Part shown: one piece after another, positions 6,648 through 14,945 of the stretch
Layout: the number at the start of each line of letters is the position of its first letter
How positions within the stretch are numbered: the first letter of the stretch is position 1
Assembly: GCF_000014265.1 (NCBI RefSeq)
Contig: NC_008312.1
Location: 6,930,001 to 6,962,000 of the forward strand
Length of the DNA stretch: 32,000 nucleotides
Origin: Trichodesmium erythraeum IMS101
Lineage (GTDB): Bacteria > Cyanobacteriota > Cyanobacteriia > Cyanobacteriales > Microcoleaceae
Direction of reading: 5' to 3'
The notes under the pieces: model-generated
The model's database searches: none
What the model was told of the DNA's origin: nothing
Seen by the model: only the letters and a program-made list of their open reading frames with translations
Program-made: the position numbers and the translations under genes

Positions 6648-9600
6648 ATGGACGAATTTTCTCCAGATGACCATTCTTTATTTCCCGAGGAACCAGATGA
6701 GACATCCCTAAATGTCCACTATCTCCCTGGGGCTGACTCGAACCCTGAGGTTACAGACCCGATGATACAAGGTGCCTGGGGTGAGGTTCGTGACGAATTG
6801 GCTGATTTTATCTTGGCCCCGGAGTTCGATGACTATATTAAAACGGCTTTTGGTGAAACTGTGGACCCGGAGCTGGCAAAGGAGCAGATAAAGGATGTTT
6901 TGACTGGGGAAAATTTGCCGGAGGTTATTATGTTGCCGGCGGCGGATATGGAGCCGGCGGTGGGTGCCTATGATCCTTTGACTGGTTCAATTTATTTGGC
7001 TGATTCTTTATTGCCTGATACTGATGGGGTTTTGGTGGATGTGCTGTTGGAGGAGTTGGGGCATTTTTTGGACTCTCAGTTGTCTGAGTCGGACTCCCCT
7101 GGAGATGAGGGTGAGTTATTGGCTGCTTTGGTGAGGGGTGAGGAGTTGACTCAGTTTCAGGTGATGATGCTTCGGGGTCAGGATGATCGGGTAGATATTT
7201 GGGTCGGGGGTGTTGAGGTTGAGGTTGAGGCTAGTGAAAAGGTTGATTTTGAGAAGGCTCGTAATTTTAGGGCGGGAGACCGACCAAGGTCAGTAGCAGC
7301 AGGAGATTTTAATGGAGATGGCATTCCTGATCTGGCTGTGGCGAACTACAGTTCAGACAACGTATCAGTGTTATTAGGAAAAGGTGACGGTAGTTTTGGT
7401 TCAGCTACTAATTTTCCGGTGGGAGACGGACCTGTGTCAGTAGCAGTAGAAGATTTCAATGGAGATGGCATTCCTGATCTGGCTGTGGCGAACTGGTGGG
7501 ATGACAACGTATCAGTGTTATCAGGAAAAGGTGACGGTAGTTTTGGTTCAGCTACTAATTTTCCGGTGGGAGACCATCCTCTCTCAGTAGCGGCAGAAGA
7601 TTTAAATGGAGATGGCATTCCTGATCTGGCTGTGGCGAACTGGTGGGATGACAACGTATCAGTGTTATCAGGAAAAGGTGACGGTAGTTTTGGTTCAGCT
7701 ACTAATTTTCCGGTGGGAGACTCACCTAGATCAGTAGCAGTAGGAGATTTTAATGGAGATGGCATTCCTGATTTGGCTGTGGCGAACTTTTCGTCAGCCA
7801 ACGTATCAGTGTTATCAGGAAAAGGTGACGGTAGTTTTGGTTCAGCTACTAATTTTCCGGTGGGAAACGGACCTTTCTCAGTAGCAGTAGGAGATTTTAA
7901 TGGAGATGGCATTCCTGATCTGGCTACGGCGAACTTTTCGTCAGACAACGTATCAGTGTTATCAGGAAAAGGTGACGGTAGTTTTGGTTCAGCTACTAAT
8001 TTTCCGGTGGGAGAATCACCTAGATCAGTAGCAGTAGGAGATTTTAATGGAGATGGCATTCCTGATCTGGCTACGGCGAACGGTGGCGATGACAACGTAT
8101 CAGTGTTATCAGGAAAAGGTGACGGTAGTTTTGGTTCAGCTACTAATTTTCCGGTGGGAGACTCACCTAGATCAGTAGCAGTAGAAGATTTAAATGGAGA
8201 CGGCATTCCTGATCTGGCTACGGCGAACTTCTTTTCAGACAACGTATCCATCCTCATCAACAAAACCCCCATAACCATCATCCCCAACATCACCATCTCC
8301 GACACCAAGGTCACCGAAGGCAACACAAATAAAACCGCCAAATTCACCGTCACCCTAGACAACCCCACAACCACCACAGTCAAAGTCAACTACACCACAG
8401 CCAACCAAACCGCCAAAGTCAACCAAGACTACAAACTCACCAAAGGCACCCTCACCTTCCGACCAGGAGAAACCAACAAAAACATCACAGTTCCCATCTT
8501 GGGAGATAACCGAGACGAACCCGAGGAAAAATTCCGAGTCGCTCTGAGCCGCCCCCAAAATGCCAACATCAAAGATGGGAGAGCTACAGGCACCATCGTT
8601 GATAACGACCCAGTTCCCCAAATATCCATCGGCGATGCCAAAATTACGGAAGGAAACAGAGGTCAGAAAAACATGGAATTTGAAGTCAAATTAAACAACC
8701 CCAGCGGGAAAACAGTCAAAGTAAATTATGGAACCCAAGAGGGCAGCGCCAAGTCAGGAAAAGATTTTCGAAATCAAAGGGGAGTCCTGACATTCCAACC
8801 AGGGCAGACGAAAAAAATAGTGAACATTCCCATTTTGGGAGATACCCTGGATGAAAATAACGAACAGTTTCAAGTCAAACTCAGCCGTGCCCAAAATGGA
8901 AAATTTTCAGACAACACAGCAGTCGGCAGAATTATTGATAACGACGAAACATTACCCCAGAAAACCCCCCAAATATCCATCGGGGATGGGGAAATAGTAG
9001 AAGGAGACCGGGGTCAGAAAAAAATGACATTTCAAGTCAAACTGAGCAACCCCAGCAACAAAACAGTCACAGTAAATTATACGACAGTAGATGGGAGCGC
9101 TAAGTCAGGAAAAGATTTTCAACGGAAAAGCGGCGTAGTGACATTCAGACCAGGGGAGACGAAAAAGACAGTTAACATTTCAGTGTTTGGAGACGTCTTC
9201 TTAGAAAATCTTGAGTTGTTTCAGGTCAAACTCACCAGTGCCCAAAACGGAGAATTTTCAGGTCAGAGAGATCAGTTTGCCACGGGTATTATTCAGGATA
9301 ATGACAAACCACCGCAAATATCCATCAGTGACAGCAAAGTGACAGAAGGAAATAGGGGTAAGAAAAACATGGAATTTGAAGTCAAGTTGAACAACCCCAG
9401 CGACCGAACAGTGAGAGTAAATTATGAGACCGTTGAAGGCAGCGCTAAGTCAGGAAAAGATTTTCAAAACCAAAAGGGAGTGGTGACATTCAAGCCCGGG
9501 CAGACGAAAAAGACAGTGAATGTTCCCACTTTAGGAGATACTTTTGTTGAAAAGACAGAGCAGTTTCAGGTTAAACTCAGCGGTGCCCAAAATGCGGAAC

Positions 9601-10316
9601 TATCAGACAGCAAAGGAGTAGGCAGAATTCAGGATAATGACATAGTGCCTAAAATATCCATCCGTGATGCCAGAACTACGGAAGGAGACCGAGGTCAGAA
9701 AAACATGAAGTTTGAAGTCAAGTTAGATAATAGTAGTAGTCAAACAGTGAAAGTTAATTATGAGACGGTTGAGGGCAGCGCTAAGTCAGGAGAAGATTTT
9801 CAAAAGAAAAAGGGAGTCCTGACATTCAAGCCCGGGGAGAGGAAAAAGACAGTGAATGTTCCTATTTTGGGAGATACTGATGATGAAGCGAATGAGAAAT
9901 TTGAGGTCAGACTCAGCGGCGCGAAAAACGGTAAGTTATCGGATGGGAAAGCAGTCGGCATTATTCGGGATAACGACAGAGAAGCTATTGACTTAGGAGT
10001 TCTTTCGGAAAAGGCAATTTTTAAGGCTGATAATATTGGGTTTACCACTGGAGTCAACCGAAATATAGAAGACTATTTTCGTTTTGAGGTGAAAAAAGAA
10101 GGTTTAGTTAATATTTTTATGGATGTTTTTGTGCAAGATATAGGAATGGAATTATATGATCAAGATGATAGTTTACTTTTCCAGTCAAATGTAGAGGGTC
10201 TTGGTTTTGAGGCTATTGAGAATGTCTTGGAACCAGGTGTTTATTATTTGAGAGTTTTTCCAGTGGGACCCAGTAGAACTAAATATAATTTGAGTATTAA
10301 TATTATTGAGAGTTGA
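6648..10316 (+). CDS. Large surface/adhesin-like protein: unknown N-terminal module, 7 FG-GAP/VCBS repeats, 5 Calx-beta domains, PPC domain
   Basis: 1222 aa. Seven 49-aa repeats carry FG...GDFNGDGIPDLAVAN (integrin-alpha-like DxNxDGxxD Ca-binding loop). Five ~110-aa units match the Calx-beta pattern (ISIGDAKITEG...VNY.T..GSAKSGKDF....G.LTF.PG.T.K...). The C-terminus (EDYFRFEV..GLVNIFMD...MELYDQDDSLL...PGVYYLRVFP...YNLSINI) matches the PPC pattern. Confidence 0.9.
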   Translation: MDEFSPDDHSLFPEEPDETSLNVHYLPGADSNPEVTDPMIQGAWGEVRDELADFILAPEFDDYIKTAFGETVDPELAKEQIKDVLTGENLPEVIMLPAADMEPAVGAYDPLTGSIYLADSLLPDTDGVLVDVLLEELGHFLDSQLSESDSPGDEGELLAALVRGEELTQFQVMMLRGQDDRVDIWVGGVEVEVEASEKVDFEKARNFRAGDRPRSVAAGDFNGDGIPDLAVANYSSDNVSVLLGKGDGSFGSATNFPVGDGPVSVAVEDFNGDGIPDLAVANWWDDNVSVLSGKGDGSFGSATNFPVGDHPLSVAAEDLNGDGIPDLAVANWWDDNVSVLSGKGDGSFGSATNFPVGDSPRSVAVGDFNGDGIPDLAVANFSSANVSVLSGKGDGSFGSATNFPVGNGPFSVAVGDFNGDGIPDLATANFSSDNVSVLSGKGDGSFGSATNFPVGESPRSVAVGDFNGDGIPDLATANGGDDNVSVLSGKGDGSFGSATNFPVGDSPRSVAVEDLNGDGIPDLATANFFSDNVSILINKTPITIIPNITISDTKVTEGNTNKTAKFTVTLDNPTTTTVKVNYTTANQTAKVNQDYKLTKGTLTFRPGETNKNITVPILGDNRDEPEEKFRVALSRPQNANIKDGRATGTIVDNDPVPQISIGDAKITEGNRGQKNMEFEVKLNNPSGKTVKVNYGTQEGSAKSGKDFRNQRGVLTFQPGQTKKIVNIPILGDTLDENNEQFQVKLSRAQNGKFSDNTAVGRIIDNDETLPQKTPQISIGDGEIVEGDRGQKKMTFQVKLSNPSNKTVTVNYTTVDGSAKSGKDFQRKSGVVTFRPGETKKTVNISVFGDVFLENLELFQVKLTSAQNGEFSGQRDQFATGIIQDNDKPPQISISDSKVTEGNRGKKNMEFEVKLNNPSDRTVRVNYETVEGSAKSGKDFQNQKGVVTFKPGQTKKTVNVPTLGDTFVEKTEQFQVKLSGAQNAELSDSKGVGRIQDNDIVPKISIRDARTTEGDRGQKNMKFEVKLDNSSSQTVKVNYETVEGSAKSGEDFQKKKGVLTFKPGERKKTVNVPILGDTDDEANEKFEVRLSGAKNGKLSDGKAVGIIRDNDREAIDLGVLSEKAIFKADNIGFTTGVNRNIEDYFRFEVKKEGLVNIFMDVFVQDIGMELYDQDDSLLFQSNVEGLGFEAIENVLEPGVYYLRVFPVGPSRTKYNLSINIIES
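7263..8291 (+). repeat. Seven in-frame 147-nt tandem repeats (FG-GAP blades), copy 1
   Basis: The period of 147 nt was checked at 7311/7458 and 8145. The scaffold is near-identical at nucleotide level. Variation clusters in two 3-codon patches per unit. Confidence 0.95.
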
Positions 10317-10473
10317 TAAGGTGTCTATAAATAATAAGTTGGAATTTCTCAATTTTTAACTGATGAAAATATCAGCTTTCTGAGGTTTGAGCTGATGTCT
10401 AAATAAACATAATTTCCTAATAATTTCCTAATATTATGTTAGATAGTATCATTCGTGTAAAACCAGGCATTGC

Positions 10474-10506
10474 AACCAAAAATCAAAAATCAAAAATCAA
10501 AAATTT
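10474..10506 (+). repeat. (CAAAAAT)4 heptamer tract upstream of giant gene 2
   Basis: caaccaaaaatcaaaaatcaaaaatcaaaaattt. It occupies the position of the longer, differently composed A-tract at 6521-6583. Confidence 0.8.
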
Positions 10507-10512
10507 AACGCC

Positions 10513-10541
10513 TTTTCAAATTTCAAGTCAGCTATTATAAT
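10513..10541 (+). promoter_or_regulatory. Putative promoter of giant gene 2 (duplicate of 6590-6618)
   Basis: Identical TTTTCA-17-TATAAT (TATAAT at 10536-10541). Confidence 0.3.
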
Positions 10542-10570
10542 ATTTAGTCAAACTATACTCTAAATTTCCC

Positions 10571-13500
10571 ATGGACGAATTTTCTCCAGATGACCATTCT
10601 TTATTTCCCGAGGAACCAGATGAGACATCCCTAAATGTCCACTATCTCCCTGGGGCTGACTCGAACCCTGAGGTTACAGACCCGATGATACAAGGTGCCT
10701 GGGGTGAGGTTCGTGACGAATTAGCTGATTTTATCTTGGCTCCCGAGTTCGATGACTATATTAAAACGGCTTTTGGTGAAACTGTGGACCCGGAGCTGGC
10801 AAAGGAGCAGATAAAGGATGTTTTGACTGGGGAAAATTTGCCGGAGGTTATTATGTTGCCGGCGGCGGATATGGAGCCGGCGGTGGGTGCCTATGATCCT
10901 TTGACTGGTTCAATTTATTTGGCTGATTCTTTATTGCCTGATACTGATGGGGTTTTGGTGGATGTGCTGTTGGAGGAGTTGGGGCATTTTTTGGACTCTC
11001 AGTTGTCTGAGTCGGACTCCCCTGGAGATGAGGGTGAGTTATTGGCTGCTTTGGTGAGGGGTGAGGAGTTGACTCAGTTTCAGGTGATGATGCTTCGGGG
11101 TCAGGATGATCGGGTAGATATTTGGGTCGGGGGTGTTGAGGTTGAGGTTGAGGCTAGTGAAAAGGTTGATTTTGAGAAGGCTCGTAATTTTAAGGTGGGA
11201 GTTCTACCTGTGTCAGTAGCAGTAGGAGATTTTGATGGAGATGGCATTCCTGATCTGGCTGTGGCGAACTTTTCTTCAGAAAACGTATCAGTTTTATTAG
11301 GAAAAGGTGACGGTAGTTTTGGTTCAGCCACTAATTTTCCGGTGGGAGACGGAGCTAATAGAATGGTAGCAGGAGACTTTAATGGAGATGGCATTCCTGA
11401 TCTGGCTGTGCCGAGCTCTAGGGACGACAACGTATCAGTGTTATCAGGAAAAGGTGACGGTAGTTTTGGTTCACCGACTAATTTTCCGGTGGGAGACTGG
11501 CCTTTTTTCTTGGCAGCGGAAGATTTCAATGGAGATGGCATTCCTGATCTGGCTGTGGCGAACCTTAGTTCAGACAACGTATCAGTGTTATTAGGAAAAG
11601 GTGACGGTAGTTTTGGTTCAGCTACTAATTTTCCGGTGGGAGACGAACCAATATCAGTAGCAGTAGAAGATTTTAATGGAGATGGCATTCCTGATCTGGC
11701 TGTGGCGAACGGTGGCGATAACAACGTATCAGTGTTATCAGGAAAAGGTGACGGTAGTTTTGGTTCAGCTACTAATTTTCCGGTGGGAGACCGACCATTC
11801 TCAGTAGCAGCAGAAGATTTAAATGGAGATGGCATTCCTGATCTGGCTGTGGCGAACGGTGGCGATGACAACGTATCAGTGTTATCAGGAAAAGGTGACG
11901 GTAGTTTTGGTTCAGCTACTAATTTTCCGGTGGGAGACCGACCTGCGTCAGTAGCAGTAGGAGATTTTAATGGAGATGGCATTCCTGATCTGGCTGTGGC
12001 GAACAATGGTTCAGACAACGTATCAGTGTTATCAGGAAAAGATGACGGTAGTTTTGGTTCAGCTACTAATTTTCCGGTGGGAGACGGACCTATATCAGTA
12101 GCAGCAGAAGATTTAAATGGAGACGGCATTCCTGATCTGGCTACGGCGAACGAATTTTCAGACAACGTATCCATCCTCATCAACAAAACCCCCATAACCA
12201 TCATCCCCAACATCACCATCTCCGACACCAAGCTCACCGAAGGCAACACAAATAAAACCGCCAAATTCACGGTCACCCTAGACAACCCCACAACCACCAC
12301 AGTCAAAGTCAACTACACCACAGCCAACCAAACCGCCAAAGTCAACCAAGACTACAAACTCACCAAAGGCACCCTCACCTTCCGACCAGGAGAAACCAAC
12401 AAAAACATCACAGTTCCCATCTTGGGAGATAACCGAGACGAACCCCAGGAAAAATTCCGAGTCGCTCTGAGCCGCCCCCAAAATGCCAACATCAAAGATG
12501 GGAGAGCTACAGGCACCATCGTTGATAACGACCCAGTTCCCCAAATATCCATCGGCGATGCCAAAATTACGGAAGGAAACCGAGGTCAGAAAAACATGGA
12601 ATTTGAAGTCAAATTAAACAACCCCAGCGGGAAAACAGTGAGAGTAAATTATGGAACCCAAGAGGGCAGCGCCAAGTCAGGAAAAGATTTTCGAAATCAA
12701 AGGGGAGTCCTGACATTCCAACCAGGGCAGACGAAAAAAATAGTGAACATTCCCATTTTGGGAGATACCCTGGATGAAAATAACGAACAGTTTCAAGTCA
12801 AACTCAGCCGTGCCCAAAATGGAAATTTTTCAGACAACACAGCAGTCGGCAGAATTATTGATAACGACGAAACATTACCCCAGAAAACCCCCCAAATATC
12901 CATCGGGGATGGGGAAATAGTAGAAGGAGACCGGGGTCAGAAAAAAATGACATTTCAAGTCAAACTGAGCAACCCCAGCAACAAAACAGTCACAGTAAAT
13001 TATACCACAGTAGATGGGAGCGCTAAGTCAGGAAAAGATTTTCAACAGAAAAGCGGCGTAGTGACATTCAGACCAGGGGAGACGAAAAAGACAGTTAACG
13101 TTTCAGTATTGGGAGACGCTTTATCGGAAAATCTTGAGTTGTTTCAGGTCAAACTCACCAGTGCCCAAAATGGGAAATTTTCAGCTCAGACAGATCAATA
13201 TGCCACAGGTATTATTCAGGATAATGACCAACCGCAAATATCCATCAGTGATGCCAAAATTACAGAAGGCAACAGGGATAAGAAAAACATGAAATTTGAA
13301 GTCAAATTGAATAGCGCCAGCAACCAAACAGTGAAAGTAAATTATGAGACTATTGACGGCAGCGCCAAGTCAGGAAAAGACTATGAAAAGAAAAGCGGAG
13401 TCGTGATATTCAAACCAGGGCAGACGAGAAAAACCATCAACATTTCCACTTTGGGAGACACATTATCAGAAAATCTTGAGTTGTTTCAGGTCAAACTCAG

Positions 13501-14248
13501 CGGTGCCCAAAATGGAGAATTTTCAGCTCAGACAGATCAATATGCCACGGCTATTATTCAGGATAATGACAAGCTCCCGGAAATATCCATCAGTGATGCT
13601 AAAATTACGGAAGGAAATACAGAAAAGAAAGAGATGGAGTTTGAAGTCAAGTTAGATAAGAGTAGCACTCAAACAGTGAAAGTTAATTATGAGACCGTTG
13701 AGGGCAGCGCTAAGTCAGGAAAAGACTTTCAAAAGAAAAGGGGAGTGGTGATATTCAAACCAGGGGAGACGAAAAAGACGGTGAATGTTCCTATTTTGGG
13801 AGATACCGATAATGAAGCGAATGAGAAATTTGAGGTCATACTCAGCAGCCCTAAAAATGCTAACTTATCGGATGGGAAAGGAGTCGGGACTATTCAGGAT
13901 AACGACAGAGAAGCTATTGACTTAGGAGTTCTTTCCGAAAAGCCAATTTTGAAGTCTGATAAAATTGGGTTTACCACTGGAGGAGCCAACCGAGATACAG
14001 AAGACTATTTTCGTTTTGAGGTGGAAAAAGAAGGTTTAGTAAATATTTTTATGGATAGTTTTGTGCAAAATATAGGAATGGAATTATATGATCAAGATGA
14101 TAGTTTACTTTTCCGGTCAAATGTAGATGGTCTTGGTTTAGAAGCTATTAATAAGACTTTGGACCCTGGTATTTATTATTTGAGAGTTTTTCCAGTGGGC
14201 TCGAATAGGACTACATATAATTTAAGTATTAATATTGTTGAGAGATGA
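10571..14248 (+). CDS. Paralogue of 6648-10316 with the same N-module / 7 FG-GAP / 5 Calx-beta / PPC architecture
   Basis: 1225 aa. The N-terminal ~210 aa are identical to copy 1. Calx-beta 1-3 are near-identical. Calx-beta 4-5 and the PPC domain are clearly diverged. Confidence 0.9.
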   Translation: MDEFSPDDHSLFPEEPDETSLNVHYLPGADSNPEVTDPMIQGAWGEVRDELADFILAPEFDDYIKTAFGETVDPELAKEQIKDVLTGENLPEVIMLPAADMEPAVGAYDPLTGSIYLADSLLPDTDGVLVDVLLEELGHFLDSQLSESDSPGDEGELLAALVRGEELTQFQVMMLRGQDDRVDIWVGGVEVEVEASEKVDFEKARNFKVGVLPVSVAVGDFDGDGIPDLAVANFSSENVSVLLGKGDGSFGSATNFPVGDGANRMVAGDFNGDGIPDLAVPSSRDDNVSVLSGKGDGSFGSPTNFPVGDWPFFLAAEDFNGDGIPDLAVANLSSDNVSVLLGKGDGSFGSATNFPVGDEPISVAVEDFNGDGIPDLAVANGGDNNVSVLSGKGDGSFGSATNFPVGDRPFSVAAEDLNGDGIPDLAVANGGDDNVSVLSGKGDGSFGSATNFPVGDRPASVAVGDFNGDGIPDLAVANNGSDNVSVLSGKDDGSFGSATNFPVGDGPISVAAEDLNGDGIPDLATANEFSDNVSILINKTPITIIPNITISDTKLTEGNTNKTAKFTVTLDNPTTTTVKVNYTTANQTAKVNQDYKLTKGTLTFRPGETNKNITVPILGDNRDEPQEKFRVALSRPQNANIKDGRATGTIVDNDPVPQISIGDAKITEGNRGQKNMEFEVKLNNPSGKTVRVNYGTQEGSAKSGKDFRNQRGVLTFQPGQTKKIVNIPILGDTLDENNEQFQVKLSRAQNGNFSDNTAVGRIIDNDETLPQKTPQISIGDGEIVEGDRGQKKMTFQVKLSNPSNKTVTVNYTTVDGSAKSGKDFQQKSGVVTFRPGETKKTVNVSVLGDALSENLELFQVKLTSAQNGKFSAQTDQYATGIIQDNDQPQISISDAKITEGNRDKKNMKFEVKLNSASNQTVKVNYETIDGSAKSGKDYEKKSGVVIFKPGQTRKTINISTLGDTLSENLELFQVKLSGAQNGEFSAQTDQYATAIIQDNDKLPEISISDAKITEGNTEKKEMEFEVKLDKSSTQTVKVNYETVEGSAKSGKDFQKKRGVVIFKPGETKKTVNVPILGDTDNEANEKFEVILSSPKNANLSDGKGVGTIQDNDREAIDLGVLSEKPILKSDKIGFTTGGANRDTEDYFRFEVEKEGLVNIFMDSFVQNIGMELYDQDDSLLFRSNVDGLGLEAINKTLDPGIYYLRVFPVGSNRTTYNLSINIVER
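11186..12214 (+). repeat. Seven in-frame 147-nt tandem repeats (FG-GAP blades), copy 2
   Basis: Same period and scaffold as 7263-8291 (unit 7 starts at 12068). The patch contents differ. Confidence 0.95.
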
Positions 14249-14945
14249 TAAAATGTCTATAAATAATCAGTTTGAACTTCTCAATTTTTAACTGATGAAA
14301 GTATCAGCTTTCTGAGATTTTATCTGAGGTCTAAATAAAGATAATTTCCTAATAATTTCCTAATATTATGTTAGATAGTATCATTCGTGTAAAACCAGGC
14401 TGGGAGCTGCGGCCTGCTAACTAAAACTTGCCGCCTTAATCTCATCCTGGTGGGAGCTAGGGGTGGGTTCCCAACTTCTTAAAAAGGCTTTTTCAGCTAG
14501 TGGGGGCAAATAATAGCTTGATATTTAATTTGCTCCCTATTTATTATGTTAATTCATCATTATTAGATATAATACTTATCCAACGAAATTGTTTAGTATT
14601 ATCTGCTATAGGTTTACTATCACTGTCCGGGTAAATAATAGTTAATTTTTTGTCAGATTTTAGCTGAGATTTTAGTTGATAAATTATCTTAACTCCCATC
14701 ATACCTTGTACTTTAAATCATAGCATTTTTTAGGTTAGCGATCGCTAATTATTCAAACAATATAAATCTAGTTTAATACCCATTTCCCGTAATTTTTTTC
14801 AGCCAAAATTCAGAAATATTTTTGCCATTACTATAAAGCTATTTTTTTCTGTTTTAAACCTTAGTAAATCCGAGAGTAAAAAGCCACTTAATTCATTTTT
14901 ATCTAGGTCATAAACATAATATTATTCACATCTAAAACCCAAAAC

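Larger units (their letters stand above)
6540..14400 (+). repeat. Head-to-tail tandem duplication, two units of ~3.92 kb (ATG-to-ATG offset 3923 nt)
   Basis: The 62 nt upstream of both ATGs are identical. The first ~620 coding nt differ at 3 synonymous sites. The last ~65 nt of both units are identical (..taatattatgttagatagtatcattcgtgtaaaaccaggc). Junction at 10468/10469. Confidence 0.95.

Noticed and set aside
7020-7090. Calling the N-terminal module a zinc metalloprotease
   Set aside because: The motif is EELGH, not HExxH, and no third ligand or Met-turn can be identified by eye. It is kept only as an uncharacterised module with a pseudo-zincin-like motif.
7263-8291. Regular 147-nt repeats as a possible CRISPR-like array
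   Set aside because: The repeats are contiguous with no spacers and lie in frame inside a long ORF. They encode canonical FG-GAP blades. No cas genes are present.
7346-8389. Long antisense ORFs across the FG-GAP and Calx-beta regions (7346-8389, 8355-8621, 8429-8641, 9800-10057, 11101-12312, 11382-11594, 12278-12544, 12352-12564)
   Set aside because: They lie wholly inside the giant genes and inherit their periodicity. Their translations are low-complexity (PSPFPDNTDTLS repeats). They stay open only because the repeated sense sequence lacks antisense stops. The sense frame has clear domain homology.
7263-12214. Diversity-generating retroelement (DGR) as the source of the hypervariable patches
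   Set aside because: The window contains no reverse transcriptase and no template repeat. Patch differences involve all four bases rather than adenine-specific substitutions. The host fold is a propeller, not a C-type-lectin variable region. Recombination and selection are more parsimonious.
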